Positions 26,750-36,449 of a DNA stretch of 64,000 nt are shown piece after piece (within the stretch, counting starts at the first letter, position 1; each line of letters opens with the position of its first letter). The translations under genes were made by a program, and so were the position numbers. The DNA comes from a bacterium. Its GTDB lineage: Bacteria; Krumholzibacteriota; Krumholzibacteriia; G020349025. Location of the stretch: contig JANLSU010000073.1 in assembly GCA_031362565.1 (NCBI GenBank), positions 32,001 through 96,000 on the forward strand, in the 5' to 3' direction. A model generated the notes under the pieces. It worked only from the letters and a program-made list of their open reading frames with translations. It did no database searches and had not been told where the DNA came from.

Positions 26750-29551
26750 ATGTCGAAGCGTTCACGGCGCGCGCTCGCGTTCCTGCTCTTTCCAGCCGGG
26801 GTTTCCTCTGCGGCCGCGGCTTTGGCTGCGAGTGCTTCCACTCCGCCCACTGCGAAATTGCCGGCTGGGATGCGCCAGGTCACTTCCGTCGAAGGGATCA
26901 CGGAATACCGGCTCGACAACGGGCTCCGCGTCCTGCTCTTTCCCGATCCGTCCAAGCAAACGGCGACCGTCAACATCACTTATCTGGTTGGCTCGCGGCA
27001 CGAGGGCTACGGTGAGTCGGGCATGGCGCATCTGCTCGAGCACATGGTGTTCAAGGGCACTCCCAAGCACCCGAATATTCCGCAGGAACTCACCGCCCAC
27101 GGTGCGCGTCCGAACGGCACGACCTGGTTCGATCGCACGAATTATTTCGAAACCTTCGCCGCGACGGACGAAAACCTGGATTGGGCGCTGGATCTCGAGG
27201 CCGACCGCATGGTCAATTCATACATCGCCAAGAAGGATCTCGACTCCGAGTTCAGCGTCGTGCGCAACGAGTTCGAGGTCGGCGAGAACTCGCCGCAGGA
27301 AGTTCTGACCGACCGCATGATGTCGACCGCCTATCTCTGGCACAACTATGGGAAATCGACCATCGGGTCGCGGGAAGACATCGAGCGGGTACCGATCGAA
27401 AACCTGCAGGCGTTTTATCACAAGTGGTACCAGCCCGATAACGCCATGCTGGTGGTGGCGGGCAAATTTGACGACGCCCGCACGCTGCAAAGAATCGCCG
27501 CGACGTTCGGTAAGCTCGAACGGCCGAAACGCGCTCTCCCGAACACCTGGACGGTGGAGCCGCCGCAGGATGGCGAACGCACCGTGACCTTGCGCCGCGT
27601 CGGCGACCTGCAAGTCGCTGGCGCCTTGTATCACGTACCGGCGGGTTCGCACGCGGACTACGCGGCGGTCGACCTCCTGACGTACATTTTGGGCGATACA
27701 CCGTCCGGGATGCTGTACAAGTCGCTGGTCGAAACCAAGAAGGCGTCGTCGGTATTCGGCTTTTCTTTCGCACTGCGTGACCCGACGGCGCTCATCGTCG
27801 GCGCCCAGGTGCGCGCCGAGAATTCACTCGACGAAACGCGCGACATTCTCTTGCGCACCGTGGCCGATGCGGCTGCGGCGTCGCCGTCCGAAGACGCGGT
27901 GCGCCGCGCCCGCGACAGCCGGCTCAAGAATTGGGAAACGACGATGCGGAATTCGGAACGCGCCGCGATCGCACTCTCCGGCTGGGCCGCTATGGGCGAC
28001 TGGCGGCTCATGTTCGTGCATCGCGACCGCCTGGAGAAAGTTACGCCGGCGGATGTGCACCGCGTCGCCCAGGCGTACTTGAAGCCCGAGAACAGCACGG
28101 TCGGCTTGTTCCTCCCGGCCAAGGAATCGGTACGAGTTCAGGTGCCGGCGAGGCCGGATGTGGCGTCGTTCGTCGAGGCCTATAAGGGCCGGGAGGCGAT
28201 GGCACAGGGCGAAGAGTTCGACCCGTCGCCGGCGGCGGTCGAGGCGCGCATTCAGCGAATCGCGCTCGCGCCCGGCATTAAACTCGTGCTCTTGCCGAAG
28301 AAGACGCGCGGTGCGACCGTCAGCGCGTCGATGACCTTTCATTTGGGCGACGAAGCGAGCTTGCAGGGCCGCGGTACGGACGCGGAGCTCGCGGGCAGCA
28401 TGCTGATGCGTGGGACCAAGACGAAAACCCGCCAGCAGATTCGCGACGCCGCCGACCAGCTGAAGGCGCAAATCGGGGTCAATGGCAACGCGACTGCGGC
28501 CTTGGTGAGCATCGAGACGATCCGCGACAATTTCGCCGGCGCTCTGACGCTGGCCACGGAGGCTTTGACCACCCCGGCGTTTCCGGAAGCCGAATTCGAA
28601 CTCTTGCGCCAGGAAACACTCGCGGGTCTCGAAGATTCGAAGAACGACCCGCGCCAGAAGGCCTTCACCACTCTGCAGAAGCATCTGAACCCCTGGCCGC
28701 CGGCGGACCCGCGTTACGCCAACACCTCCGAAGAGAAAATGCAGCTCGTTCAGGCGGCGAAGTTGGACGGGGCGCGCAGCTTCTGGCAGGACTTCTACGG
28801 TGCATCGGCGGCCGAGATCGTCGTCGTCGGTGACTTCGACCCGGCAAGCGTCAAAGCTCAGATCGAGCAGTCGTTTGCGAACTGGAAGAGTGCGAAGCCG
28901 TTCACGCGCTTGGCAAACACCTACCAAGACCGGCCGGTCGCGCGCGTCACGGTCGAGACACCCGACAAGGAGAGCGCCGTGTTCGCCGCCGGCCAGCGGG
29001 TCCGGATGCGTGACGACGACCCGGACTACCCGGCGATGGTGCTCGGCAACTTCATGACCGGTGGTGGTTTCCTGAACTCGCGTCTGGCGGCGCGTCTGCG
29101 CCAGAAGGAAGGCCTGTCGTACGGCGTCAACTCGTCGTTCAATGCGAGCAGTTTCGATCAAGACGGGTCGTTTGGTTCTTTCGCGATCTACGCGCCGCAG
29201 AACTCGGACAAGCTCGTCGCGGCCTATGGCGAAGAGATCACCAGGATTCTGCAGAGCGGCTTCACAGCCGACGAGATCGCCGCGGCCAAAAAGGGCTGGC
29301 TGCAAGGCCGGACCGTGTCGCGGTCGACGGACCGCGAGCTGGCGCGCATGCTCGGCTCGCGCGAGTACAGCGGCCGCAAGCTCCTGTGGGACGAGGCCTT
29401 CGAGAAGAGCGTCGATGCGCTGAGCGGCGACCAAATCCTTGCGGCCATGCGGAAGCACCTCGACGAAGCGAAGATCTCGTTCGTGCAAGCCGGCGACTGG
29501 GCGAAGGCCAAGGGCGCAGGGACGGGCGTGACGTCGAGGTCACCGCAGTAG
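26750..29551 (+). CDS. M16 family zinc protease (pitrilysin/PqqL-like), secreted
   Basis: GMAHLLEHM (HxxEH), NGTT.FDRTNY, RLRQKEGLSY; signal peptide; SD GGAGG. Confidence 0.95.
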   Translation: MSKRSRRALAFLLFPAGVSSAAAALAASASTPPTAKLPAGMRQVTSVEGITEYRLDNGLRVLLFPDPSKQTATVNITYLVGSRHEGYGESGMAHLLEHMVFKGTPKHPNIPQELTAHGARPNGTTWFDRTNYFETFAATDENLDWALDLEADRMVNSYIAKKDLDSEFSVVRNEFEVGENSPQEVLTDRMMSTAYLWHNYGKSTIGSREDIERVPIENLQAFYHKWYQPDNAMLVVAGKFDDARTLQRIAATFGKLERPKRALPNTWTVEPPQDGERTVTLRRVGDLQVAGALYHVPAGSHADYAAVDLLTYILGDTPSGMLYKSLVETKKASSVFGFSFALRDPTALIVGAQVRAENSLDETRDILLRTVADAAAASPSEDAVRRARDSRLKNWETTMRNSERAAIALSGWAAMGDWRLMFVHRDRLEKVTPADVHRVAQAYLKPENSTVGLFLPAKESVRVQVPARPDVASFVEAYKGREAMAQGEEFDPSPAAVEARIQRIALAPGIKLVLLPKKTRGATVSASMTFHLGDEASLQGRGTDAELAGSMLMRGTKTKTRQQIRDAADQLKAQIGVNGNATAALVSIETIRDNFAGALTLATEALTTPAFPEAEFELLRQETLAGLEDSKNDPRQKAFTTLQKHLNPWPPADPRYANTSEEKMQLVQAAKLDGARSFWQDFYGASAAEIVVVGDFDPASVKAQIEQSFANWKSAKPFTRLANTYQDRPVARVTVETPDKESAVFAAGQRVRMRDDDPDYPAMVLGNFMTGGGFLNSRLAARLRQKEGLSYGVNSSFNASSFDQDGSFGSFAIYAPQNSDKLVAAYGEEITRILQSGFTADEIAAAKKGWLQGRTVSRSTDRELARMLGSREYSGRKLLWDEAFEKSVDALSGDQILAAMRKHLDEAKISFVQAGDWAKAKGAGTGVTSRSPQ

Positions 29552-29581
29552 GCGAGCCGGCAGACGCGATTGACGTTTGGT

Positions 29582-30874
29582 TCAACGGTTGAACGGATAT
29601 TCGTTGATCCAGTGAAAACCGCGCGTCCGCAACAGAAAGTTGGGCGCCTCGACGCGACGCAAGCTCACCTGCACCGAATCCGGGCCGGCCGTGCCCTGCA
29701 GCGTCAGCGTCGTCGAGTCGGGCTGGCTGTACGCCAGGTAGCCGCTCCAGTCGGGGTCGTCGCGCTTCTTGAGGGCGATGGTCTTGGTGTCGGTGTGGAG
29801 CGTCATCGCACAGCGGCGCCGGGAGCCGCTCATGTCCTGGATCGCGAGCACTTCCCGATAGTCGAAAATCACCCGTTGCCAGCGTGACACGTCCGTGGCC
29901 AAAGGCGGATGCGCCATGCCGTTCAGCACGAAACCCTCGACGTTCCAGATCCCGTAAAACGCCGGCTTCGCGGCAAGATCGCCGTACTTGTGGCGGCCGG
30001 ATTGCGCGTTCGCCAGCATCAACATCGTGTAACCGACCACCCAGACCGTTCGCACGATCAACGCGGCGCGATTGAGCTCGCGGCGCACGAAGACCGGCCG
30101 GACGACGGCCGGTTCGACGGCCTGCCCGAGCAAGAACATCCTGGACAGGCGGGCCGCATCCGGCAGAACCAGGAATACGGCCATGGCAAGCAGGTGGATC
30201 GAGAAGAGTTTGACCGGCACGTCATAGCACAGGTTGAGTGCCACGACATTGGCGAGGGTTCCGAGCGCGACGAGTGCGCCGAGCAATGTCGTGCGCCGGG
30301 TGGTCAGCAGCAGGCCGCCCAGAATCTCGGCCGCGCCCGTGAAGACGTTGTATCCCTTCGAAGCCCCCATGAATGTCCACAGCAAACCCATCGGTGACGC
30401 GTCCCCAAAGGGCTGCAACAGCCGATCCAAGCCGGGATCCGGGAACTGCGACTGGATCACCTTGATCGCGCCATACTGGATCAACGTCGAAGCGAGCGAG
30501 AACCGCACGAAAATCCGCAGCCAGTCGTGGAGCCGCGAGTATTCGCGGTGCTTGCGGTCGATGAGCGTCCAAATCAAGGTCGCGACAACCGCCGCGACGG
30601 CGAAACAGAACACCTGCACGTAGTTGAAGGTCGTATCTCCGCTACCGTTGGGATGGACGGTAATCGTCGCGCCGAACACGTGGCTGCCAACCCACGGCAC
30701 GACGCGGAACCAGAGACTCCGGTACGCCCCGGCGAGCTTCCAGAAACCAGGAATGAGACTCGCAGGGAACGGCAGGTTGTAGAGGACGAGATAGGTGGCG
30801 GCGAAACGGAAGGCGATCCGGTGCCAGGCCGGCCACGGTGGTGGAGGGCGATTCGCGACTGGATCGAGTTCCAT
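29582..30874 (-). CDS. DoxX-like membrane protein with C-terminal soluble domain
   Basis: NGSGDTT, YG.IK...QF, SPMGLLWTFMG.S, N.CYDVPVKLFS. Confidence 0.75.
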   Translation of the reverse strand: MELDPVANRPPPPWPAWHRIAFRFAATYLVLYNLPFPASLIPGFWKLAGAYRSLWFRVVPWVGSHVFGATITVHPNGSGDTTFNYVQVFCFAVAAVVATLIWTLIDRKHREYSRLHDWLRIFVRFSLASTLIQYGAIKVIQSQFPDPGLDRLLQPFGDASPMGLLWTFMGASKGYNVFTGAAEILGGLLLTTRRTTLLGALVALGTLANVVALNLCYDVPVKLFSIHLLAMAVFLVLPDAARLSRMFLLGQAVEPAVVRPVFVRRELNRAALIVRTVWVVGYTMLMLANAQSGRHKYGDLAAKPAFYGIWNVEGFVLNGMAHPPLATDVSRWQRVIFDYREVLAIQDMSGSRRRCAMTLHTDTKTIALKKRDDPDWSGYLAYSQPDSTTLTLQGTAGPDSVQVSLRRVEAPNFLLRTRGFHWINEYPFNR

Positions 30875-31014
30875 CCCACAGCCTCCAAATTGCGATGCGC
30901 AACCCACGGCGGTCGCGTGGCGCCAGATGCTCAATGGTGGACGCAATACGATGCGCGGCGGGCACTCTACAGATCAATGTTTTTTTCGCGACTCGAGGCC
31001 AAGGCGTCTCGGCG

Positions 31015-31788
31015 TCAGCCCTTGTCCCGCAGGCGCGCGTAGCCGGTGCGGCTCACCGGAATCTCGCGGCCGTCGCGCAGGATGGCGATGCGGCGGTCCT
31101 TGGCGACCAGTTCGATGCGCACGATGCGTTCGACATTCACGGTGTAGGAGCGGTGCACTTGCACGAAGCGGGCAGGATCGAGAGCCTGGCTGAGGTCGGC
31201 GAGCGGCTGGGTCTTGAGATGCACCTTGCCGTCGGCATAGATCGCGACGTAGTCGTCCTGGGCTTCGAGCACGTCCACACGGTCCACCGGTACGACGTGC
31301 ACGTGCGGCCCGTCCTTGACGACGATGCGATCGAGAAACCGCCCCGGGCCGCGACGCGACGCAACAAGCTGGGACGCGGCTTCCGATCCGGGTTGCGCGG
31401 GTCCGCCACCGGCGGGCGTGGTGGAACCGAGGCGCTGCCGCACCCGCTCGAGTGCGGCCGCCAGGCGGTCGCGTCCGAGCGGCTTCAGCAGATAGTCGAC
31501 GGCACTCACCTCGAAGGCGCGCAGCGCAAACTCGTCGTAGGCGGTGACGAACACCACGAGCGGCCCGGGCGCCAGCAATTCGAGGACCTCGAAGCCGTCC
31601 AACTTCGGCATTTGCACGTCGAGCAAGACGAGGTCAGCGCGCACGGTATCCAACGCTTTCACCGCTTCGAAACCGTTGGCGCACTCGGCGACGATCTCGA
31701 CGTCGGCGTGGGCCTGAAGATAATCGCGCAACAGCGCCCGCGCCGGCGGTTCGTCGTCGACGATCGCGACGCGTAACACCGGCGTCAT
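31015..31788 (-). CDS. LytTR family response regulator
   Basis: IVDDE, LDVQMP, TAYDEFA, DYLLKP, F.QVHRSY, IPVSR. Confidence 0.95.
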   Translation of the reverse strand: MTPVLRVAIVDDEPPARALLRDYLQAHADVEIVAECANGFEAVKALDTVRADLVLLDVQMPKLDGFEVLELLAPGPLVVFVTAYDEFALRAFEVSAVDYLLKPLGRDRLAAALERVRQRLGSTTPAGGGPAQPGSEAASQLVASRRGPGRFLDRIVVKDGPHVHVVPVDRVDVLEAQDDYVAIYADGKVHLKTQPLADLSQALDPARFVQVHRSYTVNVERIVRIELVAKDRRIAILRDGREIPVSRTGYARLRDKG

Positions 31789-32858
31789 GGCGTTCCCCCG
31801 GATTCGCTCCGCGCGGTGCCGAGTGACAACACGACTTCGAAGCAGCCGGCCGTTTGCGATGCGGCGATCGAAGTGTGGCGCGGGTCCAGGGCGCGCAGGC
31901 GCCGGCGCACATTCTCGAGCCCCAGGCCCTCGCCTTGGCGGTGTGGTGCGTCCGGGTCGAATGGATTCGTGACCCTGACGGTCAACGTGCCGGCGTGTCG
32001 CTCGGCGCCGATGGTGACCGTACCGCCCTCCAGCCGCGCGGCGATCCCATGCTTGACCGCGTTCTCGACGAGCGGCTGCAAGAGAAGCGGCGGGACTCGC
32101 GAGGCGCGGGCCTCGGGCGTGGCGCGCACTTCAACCTGCAATCGTGATCCGAAGCGCACTTGTTCGATGGCCAAGTATTTCTCGACGAGGTCGAGTTCCT
32201 CGCCGAGCGTGACCCAATCGCGGGCGCCAAGTGCCAAGGTGAGGCGCAAGAAATCACCCAGGCCTTCGCACATCCGGCGCGCTGCTTCGGGATCGCTGCC
32301 GGCGAGGGCGTTGATCGAGTTCAAACTGTTGAACAGGAAATGTGGATTGAGTTGGGCGCGGAGGGCGCGAAGCTCGGCCTCGCGCGCTACGACTTGCGAC
32401 TCGAGCGCCCGGCGCTCGGCGCGGCGTGAATCCTCGAACGCCGCAATCAGGTAGTGGATCGCGGCCGAGAACAAGTACAGAGGCACGCCGAGGGCGAGGA
32501 AGGCCAGGGCGGGGACCGGCGCGTCGCTCGACGCGGCGTCGAATGCGAGCGCGGCGAGAACAGGCGTCCACGCTGCTCCCAACATCGCCCAGAACGCGCT
32601 GGCAACGATTGCGGCGACGACGAGCGAGATACCGAGACGGAGTGGCGGCGTGCGTGCCAACGGTGCGGCGCGGCACACCCACCACGACGACAAGCACACG
32701 AAAGCGTACGCCAGAGCCAGTGGGGCGGTGTACAAGGCCGCGGCCGCAAAGGGCCGCGCGGTGCCGCCGCGTCCGAGCACCGCAAACAGCAGGCCCAAGA
32801 CGCCCCATGCGGCAAGGTAGACGCCGAGACGGGCGCGATTCCCCAGAATCGGATGCAT
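31785..32858 (-). CDS. LytS-family sensor histidine kinase
   Basis: LRAQLNPHFLFNSLN, LQPLVENAVKHG, GLGLENV; N-terminal TM helices. Confidence 0.95.
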   Translation of the reverse strand: MHPILGNRARLGVYLAAWGVLGLLFAVLGRGGTARPFAAAALYTAPLALAYAFVCLSSWWVCRAAPLARTPPLRLGISLVVAAIVASAFWAMLGAAWTPVLAALAFDAASSDAPVPALAFLALGVPLYLFSAAIHYLIAAFEDSRRAERRALESQVVAREAELRALRAQLNPHFLFNSLNSINALAGSDPEAARRMCEGLGDFLRLTLALGARDWVTLGEELDLVEKYLAIEQVRFGSRLQVEVRATPEARASRVPPLLLQPLVENAVKHGIAARLEGGTVTIGAERHAGTLTVRVTNPFDPDAPHRQGEGLGLENVRRRLRALDPRHTSIAASQTAGCFEVVLSLGTARSESGGTP

Positions 32859-32861
32859 CGG

Positions 32862-33728
32862 CTACGCGTCACGCGCGTTGCGGATTTCAACGCCACCCAT
32901 CAGGACGATTCCCCTCACGTGCAGCACGAGGCCCGGCGCCGGTGGCGCCGCAGTGCGGATTTCTTCGACGCCGCCCATGATGCACTGGATTTCGTTCACG
33001 ACCGCCCAGTCATCCGGAACGAGAATCTCGACGCCCCCCATCAGCACCGTCAAATCGATCGTCGCTCCCCCGGGCACGGGCTTCGCGCCGCGGACGTCCA
33101 CGGTTCCGCCACCCATGATGGCGGTAAAGTCGCCACCGCGAAACGACTGCGAGGTGCACATGCGCTCGACACCGGACCAAATCGCCACCGCACTGAAGGT
33201 CTCGCCAGCCGAGGCGGTGCTGGCATCGCGGCCGGCGCCCGCATCTCCGCCCGCATCAGTCGCCGCGCTGCCGGACGCCGGCGCTCCGATCCCGGGCCAG
33301 GCATCGGTGGTGCCGCGATGCCCGCCATTCGTGCCCGGGCCATGGAAGCCGCGCCACACGATGCCGGCCCCGATCAGAATCAACACCACGGGCCAGAGTT
33401 CGTGCAGGCCCCACGGAATGTAGCCCAGATGCTGGAGAAGCAGCACGCTGCCGATCGCGATCCACAGCCAGCCGGCGGACGAGCGATGCGCGCGTCGATC
33501 GAGCAGTTTCGACACTCCAAAACCGATGAGCAGCACCGGCCACCACTCGAACGCCCGGTCGGAGTCCAAAATCCGCAAATTGTCGAGCGTCCACAAGACG
33601 CCGACAGTCACGAACGCAATGCCGAACCAGATGCGGGTGGCGAGACCGGATCCCGGACGTGTCTGCAATCCCCCGCCCCAAATGCCGCGGCGCTTGAAAC
33701 GCCGTTCGGCGCTTGACCCTCTAAGCAT
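32862..33728 (-). CDS. LiaF-like membrane protein (DUF5668-type TM hairpins plus C-terminal beta domain)
   Basis: Two 'WP..LI..G' TM units, then AIMGG/VLMGGVEI repeats. Confidence 0.75.
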   Translation of the reverse strand: MLRGSSAERRFKRRGIWGGGLQTRPGSGLATRIWFGIAFVTVGVLWTLDNLRILDSDRAFEWWPVLLIGFGVSKLLDRRAHRSSAGWLWIAIGSVLLLQHLGYIPWGLHELWPVVLILIGAGIVWRGFHGPGTNGGHRGTTDAWPGIGAPASGSAATDAGGDAGAGRDASTASAGETFSAVAIWSGVERMCTSQSFRGGDFTAIMGGGTVDVRGAKPVPGGATIDLTVLMGGVEILVPDDWAVVNEIQCIMGGVEEIRTAAPPAPGLVLHVRGIVLMGGVEIRNARDA

Positions 33729-34113
33729 GCAAATCTCCTTTCGACGCCGACACGACCGGCGCGCGGCGCTCGAAGGCCGGATCCAGGAGCGCGCGAACGA
33801 CCATGCCAGCGCCGATGGCGATGAAGACCATCGGCCACGACGATCCCCAATCCAGCCCGTACCATTCGTTCGCACTCACCAGGAACCACAGTCCATAGAA
33901 GACCCACGACACTCCGGAAGCGACCGACCGCGACGATTTCCACGCCGCGATGCGCACGACTCCAAAACCGACGGGGAACAATCCCCACCAGGTCCACGTG
34001 TCGTGAAGATCGAGAATGTCGAGGCGGTGGAGCAGGAACAGTGTCCCCAGGGCGACGAGAACGACTCCGAATCCAATGTGGTCGGTCCGGTCATCGTAGG
34101 TTCGGTGACGCAT
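33721..34113 (-). CDS. LiaI/LiaF-like small membrane protein
   Basis: GVVLVALG.LFLL..L, WPMVFIAIG; 4 TM helices; overlaps the next start. Confidence 0.7.
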   Translation of the reverse strand: MRHRTYDDRTDHIGFGVVLVALGTLFLLHRLDILDLHDTWTWWGLFPVGFGVVRIAAWKSSRSVASGVSWVFYGLWFLVSANEWYGLDWGSSWPMVFIAIGAGMVVRALLDPAFERRAPVVSASKGDLHA

Positions 34114-34322
34114 GGCAATCTCTCCCTCTCTATTCCGGACGGCACCTCCGCCGGGTGTGTCACAGGGTACGGTCGTGCAGGCAGAAGGTGGCGCGCATTT
34201 CGGCCAGACGCGGAATCAGTCGGTGGGTGCCGCCGTCCGGCGCGGCGGGAACGGGATGGCGGCCGGGCCCGGCGGCGCCTAGAATCCGCACGGCTCGCAT
34301 CCTCTTGCCACGGAGATCTTGC

Positions 34323-35573
34323 ATGCGCCGCTTGACGTTTGCCCTGTCGTTCGCGGCGCTGTTTGCCGCTGGCCTCGCACGCGCCGTGGCACCACCCGGT
34401 GCACCGCCCGCCGTCGAGTTGGGGGAGACGCGGCCGCTCGAAACGACGCTCGGCGATCCGGCGCTGCCCACCGCGAGCGACGTCTGGCTGAACATGATCC
34501 GCGGCGCCAAACGCCAAGTGGATCTCGAGAGCTTCTACCTGTCGCGCAAGCCCGGCGAGGCGCTCGATCCGGTCCTCGACGAGATCGGCCGCGCCGCCAA
34601 ACGCGGAGTGCGCGTGCGCTTGTTGCTGGATGCCGGCATGCACAAAACCTATCCACAGCCAGCCGACTCACTCGGCGGTTTACCAGGCGTCTCGGTGCGA
34701 GTCATCAACTATCGCAAGCTCGCGGGCGGCGTGCAGCACTCGAAATTCATGGTCGTCGACGAGTTCGACACGTGGGTCGGCAGTCAGAACCTCGATTGGC
34801 GCTCGCTGTCGCACATCCACGAGCTGGGGGCGCGGGTACGGTTGGTCCCCGTGGCGCAGGCATTCGGTGATGTGTTCGAGACTGACTGGGCTGCAGCGGA
34901 CACCACCGCGACCCCAGCGCCGCTCGACCGTCATCCGGCAAAGTGGCCGCTCGCGTTCGAACAAGACGGCGCGCCCGGCGACCTGTGGGTGAGTGCCAGC
35001 CCGCGCGCGCTCACTCCGGCGTCGATTCCGTGGGATCAGCAAGTGTTGGTCGACGCCGTAAACAAAGCCCAGCACGAGATCGTCGCCCAGGTGCTGACCT
35101 ATGGTGTGGGCGGCCGCGGGGTGAGTGACTCGACACTCCACAAGGCGCTCATTGCGGCGGCCGGGCGTGGCGTGCAGGTGAAGCTTGTTGTTTCGGACTG
35201 GGAAGTGGGCGGCCGCGGCGAACCTGATGTACGGGCGCTCGCGGCGACTCCCAACATCCAGGTGCGCATTTCGCGCGTCGCCGACTGGAGTGGCGGCTAC
35301 ATTCCATTCGCGCGCGTCGAGCACTGCAAATACATGGTTGCAGACTCGACCTGGCTCTGGCTCGGCACCAGCAACTGGGAGCCGTCCTATTTCGTCACAT
35401 CGCGCAACCTCGCCATCACCGTCAAACATGCACCGCTGGCGCACCAGGCCCGCGGCATCTTCGAGACGAGCTGGACGGCACCGTCGGCCATGCCGCTGAA
35501 TGCCGAGGCCAAGCTCGCGCGCCGCGCGCATGCCGAAACGCCGCCGCCGGGCGCGAAACTCTACGGCGAATAA
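34323..35573 (+). CDS. phospholipase D superfamily protein, secreted
   Basis: Two HxKxxxxD motifs (HSKFMVVD...GSQN; HCKYMVAD...GTSNW); signal peptide. Confidence 0.9.
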   Translation: MRRLTFALSFAALFAAGLARAVAPPGAPPAVELGETRPLETTLGDPALPTASDVWLNMIRGAKRQVDLESFYLSRKPGEALDPVLDEIGRAAKRGVRVRLLLDAGMHKTYPQPADSLGGLPGVSVRVINYRKLAGGVQHSKFMVVDEFDTWVGSQNLDWRSLSHIHELGARVRLVPVAQAFGDVFETDWAAADTTATPAPLDRHPAKWPLAFEQDGAPGDLWVSASPRALTPASIPWDQQVLVDAVNKAQHEIVAQVLTYGVGGRGVSDSTLHKALIAAAGRGVQVKLVVSDWEVGGRGEPDVRALAATPNIQVRISRVADWSGGYIPFARVEHCKYMVADSTWLWLGTSNWEPSYFVTSRNLAITVKHAPLAHQARGIFETSWTAPSAMPLNAEAKLARRAHAETPPPGAKLYGE

Positions 35574-35644
35574 CGTCTGCAGCTCGAGTCGTGATCTTGG
35601 TTCCCAGTACCTTGGGCGACACACTTCGGTGTTGTCCGCCGCGC

Positions 35645-36112
35645 CTAGCGCGGCACACGCCCGCTCCAGCCGAGGATCCAACGCGTGCAACGGTGCGCCG
35701 GGTCGACGGGCTCGCAGTACATGAGCGGGCACCCGCCGACAATGCACTCGATCCCGCGTGCTTCGCTGTCGCAAATCGCCGCGGCCGAGACGCTGCCCGC
35801 GCCAATGGACCGGTGCAACCAGACGCGCTTCACCCCATGGTCGGCGCACTGACGCACGACGGCCGCCGCGACATTCGGATGGGTCGCGATCACGACACCA
35901 TCGACCGGCACGGGAAGTGCGCCGACATCGGAAAAGCACCGGACGCCTTCGACTTCAGGTGTGTTGGGATTGATGGGGAAGACGTCGTAGCCAAAATTGC
36001 GCAGCTTGTGGAAGACCGCGTTGGCGGCCTGGCCCCGGCGGCGCGACACGCCCGCGACGGCGAAGCGCCGGCCGCTCAGAAAACGCGCCACCTGTTCAGG
36101 GATTCGTGACAT
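35645..36112 (-). CDS. CoA-binding protein
   Basis: FAVAGVSR, VFPINP, GVKRVW, GGCP.M. Confidence 0.85.
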   Translation of the reverse strand: MSRIPEQVARFLSGRRFAVAGVSRRRGQAANAVFHKLRNFGYDVFPINPNTPEVEGVRCFSDVGALPVPVDGVVIATHPNVAAAVVRQCADHGVKRVWLHRSIGAGSVSAAAICDSEARGIECIVGGCPLMYCEPVDPAHRCTRWILGWSGRVPR

Positions 36113-36449
36113 GTCGACCTCCAGTCATCACTGGTCGCGGAGATTGTGCACCTGCCGGGAGATTAGCGCCATGGAGATGCGAGTGCTGCTTGCAAATTCA
36201 ACGCATAGGTGGCGTCTGCGATCCTAGGACGCCAGGCGCCGCGTCCTTGACGTTGATGCCGGTCAGGCGGGGGCGCGGGCGTTGCCCTGGCGAGACGGCT
36301 TTGACCACCGAACGTCTCGAGCCGGGTATGGCGCACCTGCGTGCCGTCCCCCTGGAGCAGTTTCTGTCGATTGGTCCTTGGTGGCGGTTGCAACGGGCCG
36401 CGGTCTCCGACTATGGTCGCGCACGCGTCTTTCTCCTGGGAGGGAACCC

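Noticed and set aside
34323..35573. PLD protein as an anti-phage nuclease
   Set aside because: It has a signal peptide and two HKD motifs, and no defence-type neighbours.
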